A stretch of DNA of 63,089 nt, counting the filler, from Choristocarpus tenellus KU-1152 (Eukaryota > Protista > Phaeophyceae): the NCBI GenBank assembly GCA_964200185.2. It is 10 parts of 10 records of this genome, joined end to end, with 100 filler letters (N's around TTAATTAATTAA, not from the genome) between each part and the next. Parts side by side here need not be neighbours in the genome. Positions count along the whole stretch, not along the records: positions 1 to 4,501 come from CAXNAD020014263.1; positions 4,602 to 8,475 come from CAXNAD020017456.1; positions 8,576 to 13,761 come from CAXNAD020011578.1; 7 more parts are not named here. One strand, written 5' to 3'. The translations under genes and the position numbers were made by a program. This document shows, piece by piece, positions 1-11,800 of this stretch. How positions within the stretch are numbered: the first letter of the stretch is position 1; each line of letters begins with the position of its first letter. The notes beneath the pieces were generated by a model. That model was given only the letters and a program-made list of their open reading frames with translations, was not told the DNA's origin and made no database searches.

Positions 1-857
1 TTTTTTTTTTTTATAATTCCTCAACCACCCAGATCCACCCTCTTTCCCCACCCTTCCCCCTTCCGCCCCCCCCCCCCCCCCCCCTCCCCCCCCCCTCACA
101 ATTTGAAGTGTTCTCGAGCATGTGTAAGACGATTTTGGTAGAGATGATAAAAAACAAAGAGAGCACAATACAGAAGCATTCCTCAAAGAAGCTTTGAGCA
201 TCGGGAACCATGTGCCCGCGGTGAGTTGTTAGTGCACTCTCTTTGAAACAATTGATGCTACAGATACACCCTAGTCTAAAAGGTAATACATACCTACATC
301 ATATATATATATATGTAAGTTGTTGCGTGTATACTTAATTCACACAGTAACCATCATGGCAAGCGATAGCTACTTCTATAGGGATGTTCCCATCACCAAC
401 AGCTACCGCCTTCCGGTGCAATATAAATACTTGGCAGAAATTACGACTGGCAGAGGAAGACGTTAGCACCAAGTCTTTCAGCGTGTGCAGAAGGGAGGAT
501 ATAGCAACAGGGGTTGCCATCAGCACATCACTCATGTTATATCCAACTGTGAGCAAACCGTGTTGAATAGTTGACTATGTGTTCCCTTCCCTTCATCACT
601 ACTTAACTCAACGAAAGGTCTTATCAAGATAGTATCAGGACAAGTTTGATATTGCAGCTAGACTGGTTTCTTTCATGACCATAAAAGGGGGTTGATGATG
701 CTCCTGCAGCAACCTCCCACAGAGGCAAAGCAGTACATCTGCATACAAAACAAAACAAAAAGAGTTGAAAACGTTGATCTAGACAGCACATCCGACAAAT
801 ATCAAGCAGTACATCCTGAGCAATGACAAATTACTATCCAAAATCCTCTAGTCTTGC

Positions 858-1724
858 CTTGGAAACATTCAGGAAGATGCTCTCAATTTGCAGTACCTCA
901 TCCAAATCTGTCTCTACACGATTCCGCCAGTTCACCACCTGTGTCAAGAATACAAGATATGGGTGTGTCACATTAACTCAACATAATCATAGACGTGTGG
1001 TGTCCCTGCAAGGAGGAAGAAGCGATTCTCCTCACTCCATCCCACCCCCCCTGCCCGTGCCCACCAACACATCCATTGCATAATCAATCCCTACTACTTT
1101 GTTCCTGCTCTCTGAGTTGTCAAAGCAATAAAGGGTCTCCATAGGCAAGCGCCTGCACATACACACACAGACGTATAAGTGCCCTTCCAAAAGGCTTGCA
1201 GCACCCAAGGCAACAAAAGATTGAAACTGAGGGTGTTGTATTTGTCACTGTGATGCTATGGCAGTTTCTCTAGTCATCTTTGTACACACCCAAAACAGGG
1301 GAGTAAAAATTTAGTACATTGAACAAGGCAATGTGATCTGTGAACAAGTCCTAATCTTTGTCCTAGCACCATAATTATCAACTGGAAGGATGTGTATGTA
1401 CTTCAGGAAGTGTAGTGACCATTTTGTCATGTCCACGGCACTGGCAAAATAATAATGCCCATGTACAGCATGCGAAGTGACGACTCTTGTGGAACAATCC
1501 TCGTGATTGATAGGTTGCTTCGATCGGGGCACGGTGATGCTTGATGGTGAATCTATCCAACATCCTCTTTCCACCAGCGCTCAAGAATCAACGGGTCTTG
1601 TTGAGGCAGACACCGAGAGTGGTTTTGTTCGTACCTTATTCCTGTAGCAAGCGATTTCGAACCGTTTACCAGTCTTGTGAAGGCGAACAACTGCAACATT
1701 AGTCAGGCGAACCTGCATTGTCAT
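858..1724 (-). CDS. SBDS: Ribosome maturation factor SBDS/Sdo1, 5' part (exons ~1635-1712/1724 and 858-938; remaining exons not found in window)
   Basis: Spliced translation [27 protein letters not shown] | [27 protein letters not shown] matches the conserved SBDS N-terminus. GT donor at 1634, AG acceptor at 939, GC donor at 857. Start codon uncertain (ATG at 1718 or 1724, or an upstream exon). Confidence 0.9.
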
Positions 1725-2379
1725 CACATCGTAGACCATCCATACACAAAAGATGGTGAAATAGAGGTGGGGGGCGAGTGTGGTAATTGTGTTGTAGATA
1801 ATGGATTTCGGTCTCGGTGAGCGTGCATCTGGGTTGACTGGCAGGTCTTTATTAGGAACAGTGAGAAAGCAGTGGAATGTGAGAAATTAGGGTGTGGGTG
1901 GAGTAGGGAATAACTACCAAAAAAGCAAGAGTGGCAATTCTGGACACCTTCCTCGCGATAGAAAAATGGGCATCTTTTTGCACTGCGGTACGAGGTGACA
2001 AAGAAGCTATTGGGCTCCACAATCCCCACTCCCTGCATCCCAATCCACTGCATCCCAACCAAGCATATTGTTTTCTATCGATTACTAGATACAAAGCCAC
2101 ACGTATAGGATGGGATAATGCAGTCTTAACTTGGCATGGAGGATAAGGGGCGCCATCTGCGGTGCAACAGAGATTGTATTTTAAGTATCATTAGCTGACA
2201 CTGGTTCACCATGTCTTCAACTATTGCTCACCTGATTTACTGGTTGCGTTATCATTCGACTCATCGTCCTCTCGTCCTCTCTCTCTCTCCTAGTTTTAAG
2301 GTGTGTGTGTGGTCTTACAATACAAAATTATGAAATTAGAGGTGGGGTTTGTTATTCCCCGTAAGGCTTTGACCTATTT

Positions 2380-3620
2380 TATTGTGTTGCATATTTGCCT
2401 TTACTGGAGATCGGATATTGTATTCCCCCTTTACCTCGCCTCTATACAACGATACAACAGCGATACAGATTGTCTTTTTCAAGGACCATGTCTCGGTTTG
2501 GTCTACATTCTGGAAAAAACACTCTCTTCTTACAGGATCCTATCAGATACTCTGCACTTCAAAGCAATACGAACACACCACCCCTCAATCCAACTACGTG
2601 CCTATCAGTACCAGCCGATTACAAACCAACCAAAGCACAAACATTAATTTTGTTAGCTATGACTGCCTCTCTCCTCTCCTCTAGCGGAATATCATGCCAG
2701 GGGTCCTGCGGTCGCTTCTGACAATATGTAATGAACGTCAAATTGGCATACTAAAACCTATATACTCACCTACTGTCAAAGATCTAACCAGAATCGGAAA
2801 TTTGGTAGATGCTCCTCAAACGTTCATGACGTTTATTTTTGTCAATGCTTGCTCAGCAGGCTTGATGAACGTAATATATAATTCATGTAGGTAAGAGTAA
2901 GTCCTGTTGCGGCTCTATGCAGCAAGTGATAAAGCAATTTTGAGGATGTGTTAGGTCCGCAAATAAATCAACCAGGAAACGACACTCCACGTAACTGTCC
3001 ACATTTGTTGTGGCCCTCGTGGCCACCATCATCACAGGCGGCCCCAGGGCAACCAAAACTGCATATAGGATGAGGGAAAAGTATCCTGTGTCACAGAAAT
3101 GCACACCCATAACAGAATGAAGTAACCTCCTTTCCAAAGCATAGGGTAGTTTCTTCCAAAAAGGTTTGCTGCACCACCATTGCACCCCATACGGACCACG
3201 CCATCAAACCCCTCTTAAAACGATCAACTGCTTATTCTCAGATATTTTCACCAAGCTCCTGTGGGTATACAGAGCTATATAAGTACTGAATACTTAGATC
3301 CTACAAAAATAAACCAGTAGGCGATATTCAAAATAATATTGTTTCACCTCATACAATTAAACTATACAGAATCCATGACCGAGCCAGGCTCAACTACATG
3401 GATTGTGCCCCAATCTATTATACCTCAGTAAACAGTCGATTGCAAATATGTATCAGCTTCGATACCTCTACCTACCACAGGAGCTCTAGTTCTTTCCTCA
3501 TCATTGCTACAAAATATGCCCAAGAATGCCGGGTTAAATTCTTATTCCTGCTTTTAGTTACCACAGTATCTAACAAACATTCACCATGGTGAATCAGTTT
3601 TGAAGGACATAAACAACGAT
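2380..3620 (+). mobile_element. Highly decayed Ty3/Gypsy pol remnant (RT, RNase H, start of integrase)
   Basis: Fragments in pol order: IVFFKDHVSVWSTFWKKH (YxDD..S..WEEH-like), LVDAP..FIFVNACSAGL (F.L.TDAS..G-like), TDHAIKPLL. Many stops and frameshifts. Confidence 0.55.
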
Positions 3621-3896
3621 AGGAAGTTGGCATAAATCCATACAGACCAGGTCAGATAAATACCTTGATTCATGTCTCTAGTTCCCAGGGAAATGTACCC
3701 CCTACAAACCTGGGCCTACCAGAAGAAGCCCTTTATGAGACAACCTTGTAACTTGGGAGTGGGGGAATAGTGTGGGGAAAAAACTCATGAGCCTCACAGC
3801 CCAAGTTATCCTACATTGTATCGTATGTTATTTGGCAGCATTTGAGAGCTGTATGGAGTCACCTGTATTGACGTTCATGTAAGAATGGTTATTTTT

Positions 3897-4058
3897 ATGG
3901 AAAGGTTTGATGTAGTGATATTCGATTGTGGTCCTAGAGGATAGGTAGTAGCTGCAATTAGAGCTGCACAGTTGGGAGCAAAGGACGGCAGTTATTGAAA
4001 AGGGGCACCTTGCTGGGATGTGCTTTAATTGGGGATGTATCCCAACAAAATCAATGTA
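3897..4058 (+). pseudogene. lpdA: Dihydrolipoamide dehydrogenase N-terminal fragment, decayed and intronless
   Basis: MERFDVVIFDCGPRG*VVAAIRAAQLGAK /frameshift/ TAVIEKGHLAGMCFNWGCIPTKSM* contains the degenerate FAD-binding GxGPGGYxAAIRAAQLG motif and the redox C-x-N-W-G-C-I-P-T-K motif. Confidence 0.85.
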
Positions 4059-4160
4059 AAATCAGGAAGAAAATGTTTTTTTTTAAATTAAATACTCTGG
4101 ATACCATATACTCGATACAGATAATTCCAAACTTAAAAAGGAGAAACATATTGCAGATGA

Positions 4161-4365
4161 GTTGGATATCAGGCAAACACGCCTCCTCTGTACATTTCTT
4201 CATGTGTGGGTTAAATTGATCAGCAAGGGACTGAGAATGTAGCATGTATGGTATTTGAAAGTTGTTGGATGTCAGGCAAACACGCCTCCTCCGCACATTT
4301 CTTCATGTGTAGGTTACCTTGTTCAGCAAGGGACTGAGAATGTAGCATGTATGTGGTATTCAAAA
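4161..4365. repeat. Tandem duplication of ~103 bp
   Basis: gttggatRtcaggcaaacacgcctcct...cagcaagggactgagaatgtagcatgtatg occurs at 4161 and at 4264. Confidence 0.9.
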
Positions 4366-4435
4366 GTTCACCGAAAAACTTGCCTTATCCACTGCTCACA
4401 TTGCTCGTGTCTTGAACGAAAACAATCATCAGGCC

Positions 4436-4501
4436 AAAATGGACACACTGCTGTAGACCCCCCTCCTTCCCCCCCCCCCCCCCCCCCCCCCTCCCCCATT
4501 C
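4436..4501 (+). mobile_element. MITE family B, right-end fragment cut by gap
   Basis: aaatggacac..tgtagaccccc followed by poly-C, as at the right end of the copy at 20759-20941. Confidence 0.55.
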
Positions 4502-4601
4502 NNNNNNNNNNNNNNNNNNNNNNNNNNNNNNNNNNNNNNNNNNNNTTAATTAATTAANNNNNNNNNNNNNNNNNNNNNNNNNNNNNNNNNNNNNNNNNNN
4601 N
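4502..4601. other. Artificial contig-joining linker (also 8476-8575, 13762-13861, 19009-19108, 23687-23786, 33362-33461, 39957-40056, 43346-43445, 46087-46186)
   Basis: The same 100-nt N-run with central TTAATTAATTAA (stops in all six frames) occurs nine times. Confidence 0.97.
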
Positions 4602-4630
4602 TAGGGCTAATAATGACATATATATATATA

Positions 4631-5178
4631 TAGTTTTCATTGGTTTCCCCCCTGACACATCTGCAAAAGGTCAGAGGGCATAATAATAATATAATATAGT
4701 AGGAAAGAAGTAGTTAATCCTGGCTGCGCCAAATTGTCTCGGTAACTACGCAAGTGGCACTATCTAGACGTTTCATGTGTTTTAAGCTGGAGTTACCAGG
4801 GAGATAGGCATGGAGGGGTTTATTGGATTCTTGGGATGCCTCCCTAGCTCCTCCCCCCAGGGTACATGTATGGATGGGTAGATTGGAGACACAGGAAAGC
4901 AGTAGTACAACATAGTGGGGAATTAACAAAAATAGATTAGTGTCTTTCACATTTATAACATTTTATTTCTTTAGGTATTACACTGACATGTGTATAGTTC
5001 TCTTTTGCATAGTTTCCCTCATTACACATCAGGAAAATGACAGAGGGCATAATAATAAATATGTTTTTATTGGTTTTGTGACACATCTCCAAAATGCCAC
5101 AAGGTATAAAAATTTATATAGTTGTTTTTATTGGTTCCCCTCTAATCACCAAAATGTCAGCAGTCATAATAATAAAAA
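4631..5178. repeat. Degenerate ~60-bp minisatellite (one copy at 4631-4690, about three at 5010-5178)
   Basis: Recurring ttggttYccc..acacatc..aaaa..cagagggcataataataa unit. Confidence 0.65.
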
Positions 5179-5229
5179 ACACAAACGTGTTGCACGTATC
5201 AAGGTAAGGTTAACACTAGGTTGTTCGAT

Positions 5230-5700
5230 ACATGTGCCCTCAACAATATCTTTGACAATACCACCAGTACATTCGTCCACGCCACTGGTGATGTCGTCAA
5301 CGAACGGGGGACTTGTGCATAAAGTTGATCAATGCCGAGCTAGGGAGAGCAGTCGAGGAAAAACGGTATCCGCATATGGACCTTATTCGGAACTTGAGAC
5401 AGAGACGAGGGACATGATGAATCTAAGGCAATCCACATCTATTGCCCCCTCTACTGCCTTGCCGAAAACCTCGTTAGCGAATTTTCCTACAGATATGCGT
5501 CTTCCCTCTACTACAACTGATGTACCGACTCTTCTGACAACTTCACGAATCTCAACGTGATCTATCGACCATTGATCGGGCTTGTATGGCCTATTTGCCT
5601 CTGATTTTGGATTCAAATGCCAGTATGCTATATTTTCAATAGCGAATGTCACTGACCCACACGCACCTACCTTGTCGCATGCCAGTATTTCTATCTTCCA
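5230..5700 (+). mobile_element. Decayed Gypsy gag-region fragment, homologous to 22057-22400 (-)
   Basis: GDLCIKLINAELGRAVEEKRYPHMDLIRNL..TETRDMMN aligns by eye with GELCINLINSELKATIEEKHPPSMDLIWNLTETRDMTN, which lies upstream of protease and RT remnants. Confidence 0.6.
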
Positions 5701-5930
5701 TCACGACCTTCATCTGATTATCTGAAAAAAAAGAAGTAGGAGTTGCGAATGGATTTCAAACTTCGTTCCTGTGAATCCCAGTGCGACCACTTCAAATCAC
5801 ATACCACATGTCAGCGGTTCTATTGTCCATAGTTGTCATCTCGCGATGCTTGTACCTCCAAGGTGGATTGTTGTTCACCTCCCCTTGCTTGGCCTGCTGC
5901 TTTTACAACCTCCTCATCTATTTACCTGAT

Positions 5931-6189
5931 GAGTCAAGGTATCTTATAGGGTAGAGCCGCGTCGATTTGGGGGCCAAAATCCAACGTTGCGATTTTGATG
6001 TAATTTTGGATATCGTGTTTGTTAGGAAGTGTCAATATCCTTGTTCCGGACACACCTTTTCATAATGTGTATATTTTACCTACTCTGAAACGTTTTGGGG
6101 TAGGTAAAATGTCATGAAATACCCGTGGGAAGTCAAGCCCCAAATGGACAAACAGGGCAAAACTCGTACCCTTTGAGATACTTTCACTG
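5931..6189 (+). mobile_element. MITE family A (~257 bp), TSD TGAT (4 bp)
   Basis: TIRs gagtcaaggtatcttatagggta ... taccctttgagatactttcactg; TGAT flanks both ends. Confidence 0.9.
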
Positions 6190-8575
6190 TGATGTCTAAT
6201 GTAGGTTCTCTACAGCCACCCTCCCTGTTGCTTTCGTCCTCTTCTGCTAGATCCTCGACCACTAAATCTTAAATCGGTTTTCTGTTTTCTATCCAAACAG
6301 TTTAATCCATAATCGATTCTTGTCACTCTAACACACATGAGCAAGTCAAACGATCATCCCATACAATAACGGGTGACTTGAACAGCAACATACATAGATA
6401 ACAATGCGAATGACCTGTGGAGATGAAGTAGTCCTAGCTATTAACAGCTCAGCCAAAAAGAAGGCCGAAGAGATTTAGATTGAAAGAGGCCGAAACCCTT
6501 TTTAGACACTCACCACTCCATCCAATGATCGTAGGTTCCAGCAGGACGTGACTTCAGCAGTAGATAAGCAAAGATGAGCACAGTGGCAATCAAAATGGGG
6601 TTGGGAGAATCCAAAACCATTTTGCCTCTGTTCCACAAGTCGAACAAAAAATGGTCACAGGATAGGAACTACAGTTACACTAGATTGAGAAGCAACATGG
6701 ATGGACACTTGTACAATTGGATATACCGTTCAATCGCAAGTTCAACTCGATCATCCTTTTTTTATGGGCGCTGACATGCAACTGTTCTACGTTTTTCGTG
6801 TACTGGAAAGGATCCGAAACCGTTTTCGGTCGGACAGAGTACAGTCGAATTATACCTTTTGTTGACTTGAGAAAAAAGGCTTTGACAAGCAGTAAAAACA
6901 GTGAGTGGTTCTTGGTTTTCCAAAACAAAAGTCGGGGGAACCTTGCTGAATTCTTTAGAATCTGACACACAAATCCAAACGGGGTGCAGCAAACCATAAC
7001 ATGAGCAGTAGCGGTTACAGTGGTCGCCACAACCAAAATTTTGACAGAATCCCAACATCGTTTTCGGTCCAATACACCAGCTCAGTCAAGAGTCGCAGCA
7101 TGCAACTAGCAAATAAATCAGTGGTGCATGCAGTCAGTGATAGGTAGAACTAGACTGGAAGGATCTGCCACTACTTTATGCTGTTTGACAGAGACAGTGT
7201 AGTTGTTGCGTGACACAAAAGGGTGACTTCAGCACCAATGTAGGTCCTTGTACGCATAGTGCCAGCAACATAAAGGGCACTGTATGGATCGTACGTTGCT
7301 TTGTATCAAAGACGAAAGTCGAATTACCAGCATATATATGTGCTTTGACGAATAATACATGTACGTAAACACCGAAAAAAAATAAAGATTATGTATACAC
7401 GCATGCAGTGATGTGCATAGTGGTGGTTACAAGAGGGTTGGAGGTTGGAGGCAACAGTACAGTCCAATGGTCGCACTTTGCGAACAGGTGACCTGGGAAA
7501 CAAGTTATAGAGATAAGGGTACACACTGCGCACATTGATTAGATGTTAAGAAAAATTGTTTCCTGTTAAAGTGAACCAACCCAATTATGGTTCATTGCTC
7601 CCATAACTAAACACCGATTATAATGCCCTATTGCTATTTATTCTATTTTATAGATAGGAAGAGTTATATCGGTCGTTTTCAGTCAGACACACAAAGAAAT
7701 TGTGTGTCGCAAACTCTCAGTAGGTAAGTTGGGTACCAACATGGGCAATGCCAGGTAGGACTGGCGGTTACGATAGGTTTGCATTGATCCGTTTTGCTTG
7801 TCTGCCCGATACACCAGTCCAATTGTGACGGAATGTCCGAAAGTCACTTAAGCAGCGAATTAGTCAGTGCGTACACAATGGATATCAGAAAATGTCTGAA
7901 AGATCAGCAACCTTTTTTATGTCCGACTTACCAATCCATTGGTTGGAGGAAACCATTGGTTGACTTGACCAGCAACATAAACAGTTGTTCCGATAGTCTC
8001 TATATCACATTGCCAAACTCGTAATTTCAATCTACCTCTTCTACTCCTCACTTCATGCACACACGTTGCTTCCATATCGAGGGAGAGCCAACCCAACTAC
8101 AATTTGTTGTGATCTGACTCTGGTATACTACTACGAGAGGATTAAAGCTATCACGTGGAAGTAGAGGAGTTTTGGTTTTATTTCCCTTCTCATATTTATT
8201 CGAGTTAGTAGTGTCGGTAAACGTAAAGTCGCATCTTGCATTTGCATGCATTCGCGACCTACCCATTTATTTCTAGTTTTCTTTTGAATGCAAAAGACTT
8301 TGAGGGATCAAAACCGTTATTTTCCCGACAAACAAGTCCGCCAAGCGTAGAGTTGGAGAGGTAACATGAGTAGCAAGACAGACAGGAAGTGGTACGGTAC
8401 AAATAACAGCCGATTTCAAAAATTGAGGATGGAGCTTTTCATTGAGGATGAGCTTGACCCAAAATTGACTGGGATNNNNNNNNNNNNNNNNNNNNNNNNN
8501 NNNNNNNNNNNNNNNNNNNTTAATTAATTAANNNNNNNNNNNNNNNNNNNNNNNNNNNNNNNNNNNNNNNNNNNN

Positions 8576-8820
8576 AGAGGGTAGAGCCGCGTCCATTTGG
8601 GGGCCAAAATCCAATGTTGCGAATTAGATGTAATTTTGGGTATCGTGTTTTTCAGGAAGTGCCAATATCCTTGTTCCAGGCACACCTTTTCATAACATAC
8701 ACATTTTACCTACTCAGAAAATATTTTGGAGTAGGAAAATGTCGTAAGAAATCCCGAGAGAAGTCAAGCCCCAAATGGACAAACAGCGCAAAATTCGTAC
8801 CCTCTAAGATACTTTCACTC
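8576..8820 (+). mobile_element. MITE family A (left end lost in gap), inserted into the last visible exon of the transposase gene
   Basis: Family A body ending taccctctaagatactttcactc; ORF 8706-9419 (-) reads into it. Confidence 0.9.
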
Positions 8821-11800
8821 CACTTCTGTTTCCCAGTTTGCCCGGATCTATCACCAGCGTGTATGTAGCCTTCTACAAAACTATTTTTCCTGTACTTATC
8901 AAGGGTCATAAACGCGGCGTTGTCACGTGTGTGGTTACTGGTCGGCCGAAGCCAGTGAAGATCCACCCCACGCTCCCCGTCCTCGCTGACGCGCTCCGCT
9001 AGGATCTTGCCGACCAAGAGCGGTGCCTCCGTTGTCACAAAAAAGGCAAACCTGCCTTCCTGCACGGAGATGAGGTTTCCATTGTTCGCCAATGTCAAGG
9101 TAGCACGAGGCCAACCCCGTCGACGGAAGTCAGGTCCTTCCTTGTCACTGTCCGATGAGGAAGAGTCTGTTTCCTCAAGCCCGCCGAGATCATTGTCACC
9201 GCTGACGAAATTATCTCCTCCTCCCAAACGTTCGCCCTGGTCAGTGTCTTCGACGTCGCCGGTACCAGTTCCAGCACCATCGTCATCGGTGGGAAGTCCA
9301 TGGACTGGGAGGTCAAACTCTTGTTCCCCTGTCTTTTTGAGAAGCCGCACAGACTCGCTTTGCTCGTGTTTCACTCTCTGAACGGCTTCATCGTCTGCGA
9401 AGGTTAAATCCATGAGCACGAGAACATCAACGGTATGGAAGCATGAACGTTACTTTGTAACCAGGCGTGAGGTTTCACGAATGCGCTTGGGGAGCATGCA
9501 GTGAGAGGGAGGGTGTATATTTCGTCGGATTCGTGTCTGTTGAGTTCAAGACCAGTACCCTCAAGACATCTATGGGGAGTAATATATGGTCATTTTTATT
9601 GTAACATGCGACGATCGATACACATGAGAATGCAATATTTTTCAATATTTTTTTTTCTAAAGGCTGCAAATGCTGCCTCGTACAATAGTTGCACTTGATT
9701 TTTTTGACTGCCACCGAATACAAAAATTAGCCATCAACTCCCCTCACGAAAAAATCGACTTACCCAGTGGGTACGCAGCAGCGAGGCGCTCGTGCGACGC
9801 CTGGTACCACTGCTCCACCATCAGGATGACGTCTTCGGGAACGCTCTTGAGCTGGTAGGGTGGTGCATCTTGGAGACGAGGCGGGTGATCGATGAAGAGG
9901 TTGTGCGGAGGGGCGTTGGGGTCGATAGCAACGTCTCCGCCTATCCCACTCCATTCGGTGCTGTGCATGTATTGCTTTACGCTAACCTTAACCCGCCCAT
10001 CACCGCCTTTTTCAGCGTGAAAAGCCCTGTAGCTTGTGATATTGGGGACATGGTTGACGCGACTGCAAAGGAGTCCCTTGAAGTTTCCCTCGTTCCGTAG
10101 GGTCTTGCAGTAGACTGGAACCTCCGTGTAAGAAGCCTGCAGCTCTCCACCCAGCTGTGTTCTTGTGAATGTGTTCTTCCCTTTTATACCACGTGAGAAC
10201 CTGAAGGTGAAATGCAAGCAAGTTAATTTTGAGGCGGAGGCGAAAGAAACGAAGTGGAGAAGCAAGATATATATGCAGGCACATGCTCCGATGCATGTAT
10301 ATGGAAGTATAGATATAAAAAGGGGTGATGCATACATTTTTTTATTGTTTTGTTTCAAGAGTAGATTACGAAACAGAGCCAGAGTATCTTAGAGGGTAGA
10401 GCCGCGCCCATTTGGGGGCCTAAATCCAATGTTGCGATTTTGGTGTAATTTTGGCTATCGTGTTTGCTAGGAAGTGTCAATATCGATATTCTGGACACAC
10501 CATTTCATAACACATATATTTTACCCACTCCGAAATATTTAGGAGTAGGAAAATGTCAAAAAAACATGGGAAGCCAAGCCCCAAATGGACAAACAGGGCA
10601 AAACTCGCACCCTTTAAGATACTTTCACTCACAGTTTTGATAGCTGCTCTTATCGTTCAATTTTGTTGTGGGGAAATCAAAGGCCAATCAATCAATTACA
10701 GTGTATGACCATAAACCTTCCATGGATGCAACAAGCGTGAACTGCAAGCCTCAAGGCAGTATCTGTCCGTATAAAAACACTATGTGGCTATCGCACTTGT
10801 ATATCTTGCCTAATTACCTGGAGAAGATCTGATCGATTTTGATGTGCGTGTGCCCCACCATCGTAAAATGTATCTCGACCACACGAATGACACTCGCCCC
10901 AACCAACAGCCCCGCATATCCAAGAAAGAAATTGTTCTTGTTCTCTGAGACGCAGTTGTCGACCTGGTCAGTTTGGGGAGTTGGGAGCGAGGGAGGGATA
11001 GGCGTGAGGCAGATATGTCAGCCCATTTCGCCGCGTTTCATGGAGGAACAAGGCATGTTTCCAGTTCTGCTAGAGCGCAAGCTCTGCATCACCGCCATCA
11101 TACATGCAGGTTGCAACACATAAACCAAAACTAAAGACCGTGCAATTAGTTACTTGGTGACCGGTATTCAGCGAATATGTGTTGAGTAGGTCGTGTCAAG
11201 ACGAAACTTTCTTACCTGCCAATGCACGTGCTGGATGATGCAACTCCCCGCGTGATCGAGGCTGTTGTGGTACTTGTCGATTAGCCTTGTGAGGGCAAGG
11301 TGGATGGCTGTGCAGACAAGGTTATAACCTGCGCGAACGATGATGTCCGTTGTTAGTTGGCAAACAGTACTCTGCTTACTTACGCATTGTTTAATTGGAG
11401 CTAAAAAGAGGGGTAATGGAATTTGTTTTTGAAATGTAGAGCACATACACCCGAATGGCTGATATACATGTCTGTGGGTTTTCCTCCTCGTTGATTAGCT
11501 CTTACGCTCCTCTCGCCCTTCAGAAGCTGAGGCGTAGGAGGGCAGGGGAGCACAGCGCATCATCAGTTAATCGACTGTTCACTAGGCCTGCGGTATCTGT
11601 ACGCACATCATGTAAGGATGTAATCGTCCTCGGGTATCTAATCTGCGGCAAGTCCACTCGCCACGACGGTAAATCAAGTGGTGCGTGCGCAACCAGCATC
11701 TATTCAGTCATGTTATTGTTTGCCACGACCCACAATACGTACCTCCTCCAGGATTGATAGGAGTGAAGAACACCTCCGCGAACTCGCCTTCGATGTGTAC

